A stretch of DNA of 64,000 nucleotides, from assembly GCA_040880145.1 (NCBI GenBank), contig JBBDIZ010000024.1, forward strand, positions 12,423 through 76,422. Direction: 5' to 3'. Source of the stretch: Simkaniaceae bacterium. GTDB taxonomy: Bacteria > Chlamydiota > Chlamydiia > Chlamydiales > JAJFMI01. Of this stretch, positions 8,640 through 17,734 are shown piece by piece. Position numbers and translations under genes: made by a program. Within the stretch, counting starts at the first letter, position 1; the number at the start of each line of letters is the position of its first letter. The notes under the pieces were generated by a model that had not been told where the DNA came from, did no database searches, and saw only the letters and a list, made by a program, of their open reading frames with translations.

Positions 8640-10556
8640 TTATTTTTTTAAAAGCCTAAGGCTATTTAATCCGACAAGAATCGTACCTCCTTCATGAAGG
8701 ATCACGGCAAGATAAAGGGGAATGTAGCCAAGAAGCGCGGGTGTTGTTGCAAGAAATATCACTCCAAGAGCAAGAACTAAATTTTGTTTTACGATTTTAA
8801 GTGTTTTTTTGGCCTTGTGCGTTAACCAAACAAGAAGTTCTAAATCATCGTTAAGTAGGATAATATCAGAAGCATCAATCGCCGTATCGCTTCCGATTTT
8901 TCCGAGAGAGATGCCGACATTGGCTCGGGTTAAAGCGGGAGCATCGTTGATTCCATCACCAACCATAGCAAGATTTTTCTCTTTTGCGATGAGTTTCATT
9001 TTATCATCGGGCTTAAGGCTTGAGCGATAATTGGCGATGTCCAAGCTTTTTGCAATAAAGGAGGCATTTTCTTCGTGATCCCCTGTGTACATTAAGATTT
9101 TGTAAAAAGACTTGAGTTTTTTTATAGTTTCTTTCATGTGCGGCCGGAGCTTATCGCTGAATTTAAATAGAAAAAGCTCTTCATCGATGAGTAGAAAAGC
9201 AAGAATTTCTCCTTCAGAAAAAGGAATCGAGGGAGGGTTTTTCAGTTTAGATAAAATGTAATCGCGGTGGCCGATGAAAATAGGTTTGCCTTCCCATTTT
9301 CCTTCTAATCCGTAACCTGGATGGGAGTGAAAGTCTGTGATTTTTTCAATGGGAAATTCTTTAGCATAATCGATGAGTGCTGTACTAATGGGGTGGGTTA
9401 CGGATTTTTCGAGTTCCCGTGCTAAAGAAATGGCTTGGGCATTTGTGATAGTTTTCTGCCTGATGGGAACAAGGTCTGTAACTTTCAGCTCGCCGGTTGT
9501 TAGGGTTCCTGTTTTATCAAAAGCCAGCGTATCGCAAGCGGCTAGAGCATCGAATTGGACACCTCCTTTTAGTAAAATTCCTTTTTTTGCAGCGGCGCTT
9601 AAGGCGCTCAAATAGGCGGTAGGAGTGGCAATGATTAGGGCGCAAGGAGAGGCGGCGATAAGAAAGGCAAGAGATCGGTAGAGGGAGCCTTCTGCTGTAA
9701 GGAAGGGGATCTTTAACAGAAAGGGAAAGGTCAGGGCAAAAAGAGCAGAAAGTAAGATAATGGTTATGGAATAAGCCTTTGAAAATCGATCGAAAAGTCT
9801 CATGACCTTTGGTTTGGCACTTTGCGCTTCATCGATGAGCTTAAGAATGCGGGAGAGAGTGGACTCGGACGAGCTTTTGGTAACTTGAATCAAAAGCGTG
9901 CCATCTAAATTGCGACTACCCGCTTGCACATCATCTCCAGCTTTTTTCGGCTGAGGAAGGCTTTCTCCTGTGAGATGAACAAGATTGAGTGTGCTCGCAC
10001 CCTCTAAGACAAGGCCATCTAAGGGAACGATTTCACCAGCCTTTACGAGAATGCAGCTTCCAACAGAGATCTCTTTTACCGATTTTTGAAAGGTTCGCCC
10101 TAGCTCTGAAAGGGTTGCAAAATGGGGGGTGATTTCATGGAGATGATGAAGAGCTGATTTCGAGCGCATCGAGACACTTTTTTCCATAGCTCCTGAAAGA
10201 GCAAAAAGAACAAGAAGAAGGGCGCCTTCCATTGGGGATCCGATTAATATGGACATAAAGGCTGCAAGCGTCATTAAGACGTCGATATTGATCTCTAAGG
10301 CTTTAATATCCTCAAAAGTATCAATTAACGCAGGTGTGCCTGAAAAAAAGAATACAAATGTGAGAAGAAGCGGCGTGATGTTTAAAGAAGTAAAAGAAAA
10401 GATAAAAGCCAAAAGAAGGAGGAAAGCGGATAGAAGAGCGCTTTTTAAAGGAAGGTTCCGTCCCCATTTTTTGGATGAAGGGGTTAGAAAGGGGCTTACG
10501 CTCTCCTCTTTGTCTGAGGCAAAGAACTCATCAAAAAGATAGGGGGTGTTTTCCAT
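8640..10556 (-). CDS. P1B-4-type heavy-metal translocating P-type ATPase (start moved to MENTPY)
   Basis: Motifs are DKTGTLT, GDGINDAP, a transmembrane SPC motif (AASPCALII) and a terminal-helix HEGGT. There is no N-terminal CxxC metal-binding domain. The ATG at 10556 overlaps the upstream stop as TAATG. Confidence 0.85.
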   Translation of the reverse strand: MENTPYLFDEFFASDKEESVSPFLTPSSKKWGRNLPLKSALLSAFLLLLAFIFSFTSLNITPLLLTFVFFFSGTPALIDTFEDIKALEINIDVLMTLAAFMSILIGSPMEGALLLVLFALSGAMEKSVSMRSKSALHHLHEITPHFATLSELGRTFQKSVKEISVGSCILVKAGEIVPLDGLVLEGASTLNLVHLTGESLPQPKKAGDDVQAGSRNLDGTLLIQVTKSSSESTLSRILKLIDEAQSAKPKVMRLFDRFSKAYSITIILLSALFALTFPFLLKIPFLTAEGSLYRSLAFLIAASPCALIIATPTAYLSALSAAAKKGILLKGGVQFDALAACDTLAFDKTGTLTTGELKVTDLVPIRQKTITNAQAISLARELEKSVTHPISTALIDYAKEFPIEKITDFHSHPGYGLEGKWEGKPIFIGHRDYILSKLKNPPSIPFSEGEILAFLLIDEELFLFKFSDKLRPHMKETIKKLKSFYKILMYTGDHEENASFIAKSLDIANYRSSLKPDDKMKLIAKEKNLAMVGDGINDAPALTRANVGISLGKIGSDTAIDASDIILLNDDLELLVWLTHKAKKTLKIVKQNLVLALGVIFLATTPALLGYIPLYLAVILHEGGTILVGLNSLRLLKK

Positions 10557-11272
10557 TACTGTAAAATCTCGATTAGAAACGTCAGAGTGAAATAGCCGAT
10601 TAAGGCAAGTGAAAGAGTCCAACTGACTTGACGGATTAGGTTGTTTTGATTTTTTTTAGCAAGTAAAAAGGTGAAGCAGGCGGAAAGAGTCAATGAGAGG
10701 GGGAGTAAAGCATGAAAGCGAGCTGCAATGAGCAATACCAAACAACTGAGGCTTGAGCCTAAAAAAGCACCAAACCCTTGTCTAAGGGGATGTTCAAAAC
10801 TCTCTAAGGTCAATCCCAATTCTTCTTCTAGCATGACTTTTAATAAACGATTATCATCGGCCATCAAGACCTCTACAGTCTCCTCGAGTAAGCTTCCGGA
10901 TAGTCCTTTAGCGCGGTACATCTCCAATAGTTCTTCTTTTTCCTGAGCGCGATGATGAAGAATCTCATAACGCTCTTCTTCAATCAGGCGATGAAGACGC
11001 TCTAATCGGAAATAACCGAGCTGAGCAGAGCGGCCTGTTTTCCAAAGAATCAGAGGGATTGAAATGATAAAAAGGGTGGAGGAAGAAGAGGGGAGAAGGC
11101 TTAGAAAAAGAAGGATAACAGCCAGTTCTCTGCCGCTATCACAGAATGCCGAGAGAAAACCGGAGCTTTCTGTTCCATGCATTTCACCTGAAGCGCAAGC
11201 CCCTTTTTGGCGAGCCCGAAGGAGGTGTTTTTTGACATCAGTGCCTTCAAAATGTTTTGCATCTTTTTTCAT
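10556..11272 (-). CDS. VIT1/CCC1-like membrane protein (putative Fe/Mn transporter), divergent
   Basis: 238 aa. The central cytoplasmic stretch EEERYEILHHRAQEKEELLEMYRAKGLSGSLLEETVEVLMADDNRLLKVMLEEELGL resembles the VIT-family metal-binding loop and is flanked by TM helices. The N-terminal GxNDG motif is degenerate. Confidence 0.5.
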   Translation of the reverse strand: MKKDAKHFEGTDVKKHLLRARQKGACASGEMHGTESSGFLSAFCDSGRELAVILLFLSLLPSSSSTLFIISIPLILWKTGRSAQLGYFRLERLHRLIEEERYEILHHRAQEKEELLEMYRAKGLSGSLLEETVEVLMADDNRLLKVMLEEELGLTLESFEHPLRQGFGAFLGSSLSCLVLLIAARFHALLPLSLTLSACFTFLLAKKNQNNLIRQVSWTLSLALIGYFTLTFLIEILQ

Positions 11273-12543
11273 TAATTTAGCCGATCAAGTCCTCCGAGAT
11301 AGGGTCTAAGTACTTCAGGCAGAGTAATCGATCCATCTTCATTTTGATTGTTTTCTAAAAGAGCAACCATAAGTCGAGCGGTTGCGACACCCGATCCATT
11401 TAAGGTGTGAACGAGCTCAGGCTTTTTCTGCCCTAGCCTATAGCGGATTTTAGAGCGCCTTGCCTGGAAATCGCGACAATTTGAAACAGAGGAAACCTCA
11501 TAATACCGATCTTGACCCGGAAGAAAAACCTCGATATCGACGGTTCGAGAAGCTGCAAAAGCCATGTCGCCTGTGACAAGAAGCATATTTCGGAAGTGAA
11601 GGTTCAGCCCCTTAAGCACTTCTTCGGCCGATTGAATCATTGACTCAAACATTTCATCACTCTTCTCAGGTTCTGTAAAAGCGAACATTTCAACCTTGTT
11701 GAATTGATGCACACGGATCAATCCGCGCTCCCCGGCGCCGGCGGCGCCGCTCTCTCTTCGAAAACAAGGGGTATAGGTGATGTATTTTTTAGGCAATTCA
11801 TCTTTCGAAAAAATTTCATCTAAGTGCATTCCATTGAGAGAAACCTCGCCGGTCGGAATTAATGTAAAAGGGTAATCAGGATCATCGAGCTTATAAAACT
11901 GACCTTGAAATTTTGGAAGCTGCGCAGAGGCATACATGGCCTCCTCTTTTACCAGGTGAGGAACAAGACAGAATGTGAATCCATTTTTCAAATGAATATC
12001 GATCATATAATTGAGAAGCGCCCACTCAAGGCGCGCTCCCATATCCCGATAGATAGGCCACCCCGTTCCAGTGAGTTTTGCCCCCCGCACAAAATCAAAA
12101 ATGCCCAATTTTTCATTGAGCTCAAGGTGATTTTTGGGAGAAAAAGAGAATGAGGGGGCCTTTGAAAAGGTTTTGATGCAAACATTTTCCTTAGGGTCTA
12201 GAGAAATTTTGACATCGTGATCTGGAATGTTCGGAAGATAAAGAAGGCGTTTTTCAAGTTTTTCTTCGGAAGTTTTTAGTTCAAGATTAAGCTTTGAAAG
12301 AGATTCTTTTATTTCTATAACTTTTGATGTAATCGTTGAATCATCTTGACCTAGGCGTTTTTTTTCACCGATTTTTTTAGAGGTTTTTTTAAGATGGGAG
12401 CGTAATAATTCTGCCTCTGTTTTCAAAGAACGCACTTGCTCATCGATTGATAAAATTTCTTTTAAATCGATGGTTGGATCCTTTGACCTTAATTTCTTTT
12501 CAATTTCTCGAGCGTTGTCTCTAATTTTTTTTATATCTAACAT
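11272..12543 (-). CDS. serS: seryl-tRNA synthetase
   Basis: 423 aa with an N-terminal coiled-coil arm and a class II core (FRRESGAAGAGERGLIRVHQFNKVE, NGSGVATARL). Confidence 0.95.
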   Translation of the reverse strand: MLDIKKIRDNAREIEKKLRSKDPTIDLKEILSIDEQVRSLKTEAELLRSHLKKTSKKIGEKKRLGQDDSTITSKVIEIKESLSKLNLELKTSEEKLEKRLLYLPNIPDHDVKISLDPKENVCIKTFSKAPSFSFSPKNHLELNEKLGIFDFVRGAKLTGTGWPIYRDMGARLEWALLNYMIDIHLKNGFTFCLVPHLVKEEAMYASAQLPKFQGQFYKLDDPDYPFTLIPTGEVSLNGMHLDEIFSKDELPKKYITYTPCFRRESGAAGAGERGLIRVHQFNKVEMFAFTEPEKSDEMFESMIQSAEEVLKGLNLHFRNMLLVTGDMAFAASRTVDIEVFLPGQDRYYEVSSVSNCRDFQARRSKIRYRLGQKKPELVHTLNGSGVATARLMVALLENNQNEDGSITLPEVLRPYLGGLDRLN

Positions 12544-12667
12544 AATTTTTTTTACCGGTTGATCTCATATTTTAGCCCTAAACCCATTAAAAGGGGAGTG
12601 AAAAATATCCCTTATATGTTATAAAAGAGGGACATCCTATCATTAACCCTCCAAAGTAAGATTCACG

Positions 12668-13774
12668 ATGGCCAAATCAAACGAAAAAAAAGAAGCAAAA
12701 AATCCTTTAATTCTTCGCTTTCATCGCATGTTAGATGCTTTTTCTAAATCAGATGATGAGCGCGACTTTTATATCGATCGTCAAGAGGGCTTTATCGTCT
12801 TTGTCGACTTGGACAAAAATGACGAGGAGCTCCTAGCTTTAGAGAAAGAGATTCAATCTCATGAAGGCCGTTATGTTCTTTTTCCTAAGATGAGCTATTT
12901 TGAGACAAAGAAGTTTATGGAAGGCTTTGTTAACGAAAAAGTTTATGATATCGACACAAAAGAAAAGCTTCTTGCAATTATTGCGGGCAAGGAATCACGA
13001 GAAAATTTTTTAGAGTTTATCTATGACCATGTCGCTGAAATGGAGAGATGGCAGCAGTATTATCACGAGCGCTCTCGAATTCGCATTATTGGCTGGTTAA
13101 TCGAGGAAGAGTTTGATTTTGTTTTTGAAGAAGACCTTGAAATTCAAAATAGCACGATAGAGAAGGTGAAAAGCCATCTTTTTGATACACGGGCATCTAA
13201 GGAAGTTTCATCGGCAAGGGATGCCATCAAAACAAAAGCAAAGAGCTACTATTCGACAGAGGCGCTCAATCCGCGTCCCAAAAGGGGCCGCCCTCCCAAG
13301 CAACAGCAGAAGGTTGAAGTTGAGCCTGAATTAACTCAAGACATCTATCAAACAGTTCCATCCTCTCTACGCCCTTTTCTCTTTATGCCTGATTTTTCAG
13401 GGGAGAGCGTTACTTTCTCAGCGAAGCATGATAATGAAACGCAATTTTTAGCGAGTTTAAAAGGGACAACGGCAAAAGTGGATACGAGCCTTCAAGTTCT
13501 TTCTCAGCGGTTAGAGTCACTGCGCCACCTTTCAGAGCGCTTAAGAGGAACTACAGATGAAAAGCTTCTTCAAGGCGAAGAGAAATTGATGCAGGCGATC
13601 TCTAAAAGAGAGGAGTCTGAGGGAGAGAAGGTCGTAGAAGTTGCAAAGGGATTTTTGCCGAAAAAGCGAACTTCCACTTCGACAGACGGGAAGGATATTG
13701 GAGAAAGACTTGGCCGGAAAAGAAAGGCAGGTTCTAAAAAAGTCTCTGAAATAAAGAGAAAAAAGAAATCATGA
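12668..13774 (+). CDS. conserved hypothetical protein, UPF0158-like N-terminal half plus basic C-terminal half with an AT-hook-like RPKRGRPPK
   Basis: 368 aa. The N-terminus is recalled as resembling chlamydial UPF0158 proteins. A GRP-core AT-hook motif is visible. The ATGA overlap couples it to the next gene. Confidence 0.4.
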   Translation: MAKSNEKKEAKNPLILRFHRMLDAFSKSDDERDFYIDRQEGFIVFVDLDKNDEELLALEKEIQSHEGRYVLFPKMSYFETKKFMEGFVNEKVYDIDTKEKLLAIIAGKESRENFLEFIYDHVAEMERWQQYYHERSRIRIIGWLIEEEFDFVFEEDLEIQNSTIEKVKSHLFDTRASKEVSSARDAIKTKAKSYYSTEALNPRPKRGRPPKQQQKVEVEPELTQDIYQTVPSSLRPFLFMPDFSGESVTFSAKHDNETQFLASLKGTTAKVDTSLQVLSQRLESLRHLSERLRGTTDEKLLQGEEKLMQAISKREESEGEKVVEVAKGFLPKKRTSTSTDGKDIGERLGRKRKAGSKKVSEIKRKKKS

Positions 13775-15801
13775 CGACAGAGATTAAAAAATGCAGTCTT
13801 GAAGACAAGGAAAAAAGACGCTGTTTAGCAGTCCTTAAAACGCTTTTAAGGACGCGTATTGCTGATGATAAATTAAGCAAAATGGTGCGTCAAAATAAAG
13901 GGGGGACCTTTCATCTTTCCACAGCAGGCCATGAGTTAATCGGTGCAGTCGCTACGAGTTTTCTTGTAAAAGAGAAAGATTGGGGACTTCTCTACTACCG
14001 AGATCGAGCTTACGCGATCGGAATGGGTTGCTCGCTTCTCGATCTTTTTGGCGCTTTTTTGGCGCGTATTGGGGAGCACCACTCTTCATCCCGTCAAATG
14101 CCTGAGCATTACTCTGATAAACGCCTTCGCATTCCCACCTCTTCCAGCGTTGTCGGCTCCCAATTTCTTCAAGCTGTAGGGATTGCAAAAGCAGCCCAAA
14201 TCAAGCAGAAAGATGAAGTGGTCTATGTCTCCGGTGGTGATGGTTCTTCGTCGCAAGGTGATTTTCATGAAGCATTGAATATGGCTGCGATCCATAAATT
14301 AGGAGTTATCTTTGTTATTCAAGATAATGGCTGGGCCATTTCGGTTCCTGTCGATGATCAAATTGCCGGAGCATCCCTTGCAAAGCGAAGTCGCGGCTAT
14401 GAAGGACTGTCGGTTTTTGAGATCGATGGTACGGATTTTGAAGAATTATCAAGTGCTTTTAGCGAGTCGACTCAAAAGGCAAAAAAAGGGCAGGGGCCAT
14501 CTTTGATTGTGGCAAAAGTCCCTCGAATTGCCCCTCATAGCATTAGCGATGATCATTGCAAATACAAAAGCGAAGACGACTTTAGAGAAGATGAAAAACG
14601 AGACCCTCTTCCCCGTTATAAAAAATGGCTAATCGATAGGGACCTTATCTTAGAAAGCGAGCTTATCGACCTCGAGGCCGAAATCAAGGCCGAAGTTGAT
14701 GAAGCGGCTCTTTTGGCCGACAAGCGCCCCTTTCCCGACCCGAATGACGCGAGCAGCTTTGTCTTTATGCCGGATGAAATCAAAGCCGTAGAGGGCGACC
14801 CTCTTTCAGAGACCCCTATTGTGATGGTTGATGCGCTCAATCACGCCCTTAAAGAAGAGATGGAAAAAGACCCGAACCTCGTTGTTTTTGGTCAGGATGT
14901 TGCCCATGGCAAGGGAGGCGTTTTTGGAGTGACACAATCCCTTACTGCTGAGTTTGGTGAAATGCGCTGTTTCAATACCCCTCTTGCCGAATCGACCATT
15001 GTAGGGTTGGCTATTGGTCTTGCTTTTGCGGGGCTGACTCCTGTTGCAGAAATTCAGTTTTGTGACTATATGTGGACAGGAATCAATCAAATTATCAATG
15101 AACTTTCCTCCATTTGCTACCGCTCAAGAGGGGAGTATCACTGCCCTGTAGTGATTCGGATGCCGTGCGGGGGGTACATCCAGGGAGGGCCGTACCACTC
15201 TCAGAGTGTTGAAGCTTTTCTTGCTCACTGCCCCGGTTTAAAAATTGTCATACCAAGTAACGCTGAAGATGCGAAACGACTCTTAAAGGGGGCGATTCGC
15301 GACCCCAATCCCGTTATTTTTTTAGAGCATAAAGCGCTATACCGTCAGCGCCTTTTCTCTGCACGAAAAGAGCCGTCAAAAGAGGATATCCTGCCGCTTG
15401 GGAAGGGAAAAATTGTCAAACAAGGAGATGACTTAAGCGTTATCACTTATGGCATGATGACCCCAATGGTTTATGAAGTTGCAAGAGAGCTTGAGAAAGA
15501 GGGCATGAGTATCGAAGTCATTGATCTTCGAACGATCATCCCTCTAGACAAGGAGCTCATTGCTCAATCGGTGAAAAAGACAGGAAAGGTTCTTATTGCG
15601 CACGAGGCTGCTCAAACGGGTGGATTTGGCGCTGAAATTGCGGCTCAAATTAGCGGCGAACTCTTCCATTATCTTGATGCACCGATCAAACGAATTGCTG
15701 CGAAAGATTGTCCTGTGCCTTACTCAAAAATTTTGGAAGATGAAGTTTTGCCTCAGAAGAAAGACTTAGAAAAAGCGATACGAAAACTATTTAATTCGTG
15801 A
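13771..15801 (+). CDS. 2-oxoacid dehydrogenase E1 component, fused alpha and beta subunits
   Basis: 676 aa. The N-terminal half carries the TPP-binding alpha motif GGDGSSSQGDFHEALNMA. The C-terminal half is beta-like (FNTPLAESTIVGLAIGLAFAGLTPV). A comparable fusion is annotated in Chlamydia. Confidence 0.85.
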   Translation: MTTEIKKCSLEDKEKRRCLAVLKTLLRTRIADDKLSKMVRQNKGGTFHLSTAGHELIGAVATSFLVKEKDWGLLYYRDRAYAIGMGCSLLDLFGAFLARIGEHHSSSRQMPEHYSDKRLRIPTSSSVVGSQFLQAVGIAKAAQIKQKDEVVYVSGGDGSSSQGDFHEALNMAAIHKLGVIFVIQDNGWAISVPVDDQIAGASLAKRSRGYEGLSVFEIDGTDFEELSSAFSESTQKAKKGQGPSLIVAKVPRIAPHSISDDHCKYKSEDDFREDEKRDPLPRYKKWLIDRDLILESELIDLEAEIKAEVDEAALLADKRPFPDPNDASSFVFMPDEIKAVEGDPLSETPIVMVDALNHALKEEMEKDPNLVVFGQDVAHGKGGVFGVTQSLTAEFGEMRCFNTPLAESTIVGLAIGLAFAGLTPVAEIQFCDYMWTGINQIINELSSICYRSRGEYHCPVVIRMPCGGYIQGGPYHSQSVEAFLAHCPGLKIVIPSNAEDAKRLLKGAIRDPNPVIFLEHKALYRQRLFSARKEPSKEDILPLGKGKIVKQGDDLSVITYGMMTPMVYEVARELEKEGMSIEVIDLRTIIPLDKELIAQSVKKTGKVLIAHEAAQTGGFGAEIAAQISGELFHYLDAPIKRIAAKDCPVPYSKILEDEVLPQKKDLEKAIRKLFNS

Positions 15802-16153
15802 CGCGTCTTTGACGGCGCCATTTTTTGGGGCCAAAATTCTTGCGATTTTTGCGCCTTTTCATGATTTTCTCAAAATCTGAATCCTGAGCATTTAAATCCG
15901 AAAAATGCATCAGTTTCTTCTGCACTTGTTTGATTTTTTCCGCATCTTTTTTGCTCATCTTTTTCTCTTCTTCAATCATGTCGTGCACATGGAGCATATG
16001 GGAGAGAAGACTCTCTTGCGTCTTCTTCAAACCGTCAACCTCTGCCTCGATACCGTCATTTGATTCAATGTGATTGAGTACATCCGCATTTTGAATCAGC
16101 TGATCAAGAGTCAGGCTTAAGTCTTCAACCAAACTATCCATAGAAGTAATCAT
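15791..16153 (-). CDS. hypothetical protein, acidic N-terminus and strongly basic C-terminus
   Basis: 120-aa ORF with a GGGAGA Shine-Dalgarno-like sequence upstream. No recognisable motif. Its 3' end overlaps the convergent E1 gene by 11 nt. Confidence 0.35.
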   Translation of the reverse strand: MITSMDSLVEDLSLTLDQLIQNADVLNHIESNDGIEAEVDGLKKTQESLLSHMLHVHDMIEEEKKMSKKDAEKIKQVQKKLMHFSDLNAQDSDFEKIMKRRKNRKNFGPKKWRRQRRVTN

Positions 16154-16252
16154 GACCTATCTCCCATTAGATCTCTGCCCATTTTACTGGTGTACTTCTT
16201 AAGAGAAATACATTCAAGTTTTTTTTATACTCAAAAAAAAACTACACAAACT

Positions 16253-16288
16253 TATATCGAAACCAATTCTTGAAATTTTTTCGGTATA
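16253..16288 (+). repeat. dispersed hairpin repeat unit (TATATCGAAA...TTTCGGTATA)
   Basis: 10-bp stem with one G-U pair around CCAATTCTTGAAATTT. It is homologous to the units at 20201, 24121, 42527 and 60547. Confidence 0.75.
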
Positions 16289-16345
16289 ATTCTTTACAAA
16301 AAAGCAACAAAACATTAAAATATATAATACAAACAAGGTGTTATT

Positions 16346-16891
16346 TTGATTAATGATATATCAGTAAACAATAATTATGTTGATAGCGATTATGATTTTA
16401 ATGAAGAGGATTATGATTTTAATGGTATGGAAGATAGTTCTGCCTCACCTCTTCATAAAGAGGATAGTTTATTTGACAAGGGTTTAGAAAAATTATTAGG
16501 TCTATTGAAAAAAATATTCAATATTTTTAAAATAATTTTTATAGATCCGTTTACAAGTTGCTGTACTCCAAATGACGATATAGTAGAGCTGAAAGGGGCA
16601 ACTCCAGGAGTTGGTGATCAAGACGTTCTAAATGTAAGGATTATTAATAATAAAGTATTTCTAAATGCTGATTTTTATTATTTTTTTGACTCTGAAATTA
16701 AGAAAGCTAATGATTTCAAGGATGTTATTAATAAACATTTGAATGATTTTTTGAGCAAATCCTTAAATTTGGAAAAGGTTGTCATTATAAAAGAGGCTTC
16801 TACTTATTTGCTCAGGTTCTCTTTTGAAGAAGAAGACGCTCAATCCCCCGAAGAGTTTTCTTACCCTCAGAATTTAGAAAAAACTTTCTAG
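16346..16891 (+). CDS. hypothetical AT-rich orphan protein (TTG start)
   Basis: 181-aa ORF with AAGGTG 6 nt upstream of the TTG. The N-terminus is acidic with a DYDFN duplication. No recognisable domain. Confidence 0.4.
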   Translation: MINDISVNNNYVDSDYDFNEEDYDFNGMEDSSASPLHKEDSLFDKGLEKLLGLLKKIFNIFKIIFIDPFTSCCTPNDDIVELKGATPGVGDQDVLNVRIINNKVFLNADFYYFFDSEIKKANDFKDVINKHLNDFLSKSLNLEKVVIIKEASTYLLRFSFEEEDAQSPEEFSYPQNLEKTF

Positions 16892-16948
16892 AAATCTGGA
16901 GAAAAAAACGAGCCTAATATACTATCGGCACGACTTTTTTATTAAGGT

Positions 16949-17734
16949 GTGTCAATGGTTCGGTTTTGCCCATTAGCATCGGGGTCAAAAGGAAATGCGA
17001 TTTTTCTTTCGACTGAGAAAACAAAAATACTCTTCGATTGCGGATTAAGCGCTAAGCAGCTAGAAGTTCGTTTAAATTCCATAGGGGAATCGCTTTCAGA
17101 AATAGAAGCTATTCTCATTAGTCATGAGCACACCGATCATATTCGAGCGGTAGAGATCGTAAGCAAGCAGTATCAAATTCCGATACTTGCAAATTCTGAA
17201 ACGGCTAAAGCCATTCTTGCCCAGGTCAGAGTCGAGCCTCTTTTTAAGATTTTTTCGACAGGGGAGACGTTTCACTTCAAAGACTTGGAAATTCATCCCT
17301 TTAGTATTCAGCACGACACCTTAGATCCTGTCGCTTTTACTGTTAAAACCTGTGGTTATAAAATTGGCATTTGTACAGACCTTGGATTTGCAACCTCTCT
17401 TGTTGAAAATCATCTTCGAGGCTGTGACGTTCTCTACTTGGAATCAAACCATGAGCCTTCAATGGTACACGCTTCAGCAAGGCCCATGGTCTATAAGCAA
17501 AGGGTGCTGGGGCGCCAGGGTCATCTATCTAATGAAGCTGCAGCAGAGCTGCTTCAAAAAGTAGCGCATGAGAAACTTTTAAAGGTTTATTTAGCTCATT
17601 TATCTGAAGAGTGCAACCATCCTGAAGTGGCTCTTAAAAAAGCAAAAGAAGCTTTAAGTAAAGCAGAGATTTCTGTTGAAATTGCCCATCAGGTAAAATG
17701 TAGTTCGTTACTGGAACTGTTTCTTAGAGTTTAA
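16949..17734 (+). CDS. MBL-fold metallo-hydrolase, YycJ/WalJ-like
   Basis: 261 aa with the HEHTDH (HxHxDH) motif and an N-terminal SGSKGN. Size and layout match stand-alone YycJ-type MBL proteins. Confidence 0.7.
   Translation: MSMVRFCPLASGSKGNAIFLSTEKTKILFDCGLSAKQLEVRLNSIGESLSEIEAILISHEHTDHIRAVEIVSKQYQIPILANSETAKAILAQVRVEPLFKIFSTGETFHFKDLEIHPFSIQHDTLDPVAFTVKTCGYKIGICTDLGFATSLVENHLRGCDVLYLESNHEPSMVHASARPMVYKQRVLGRQGHLSNEAAAELLQKVAHEKLLKVYLAHLSEECNHPEVALKKAKEALSKAEISVEIAHQVKCSSLLELFLRV

Noticed and set aside
8602-8640. ATTACCT...AGGTAAT inverted repeat between the ATPase stop and the gdh start, as a possible terminator.
   Set aside because: It has a 7-bp AT-rich stem, a ~19-nt loop and no T-run, so it is too weak to call.
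10557-10622. 22-codon N-terminal extension of the P-type ATPase that overlaps the VIT-like gene by 67 nt.
   Set aside because: The internal ATG at 10556 gives a TAATG stop-start junction identical in form to the serS/VIT junction. The extension adds no recognisable domain.
16270-16290. TTGAAA ... TATAAT read as a sigma-70 promoter inside the repeat unit.
   Set aside because: The spacer between these two hexamers is only 9 nt, which is incompatible with a -35/-10 pair. The 16-nt-spaced alternative (CCAATT/TTGATT) is reported instead, with caution.
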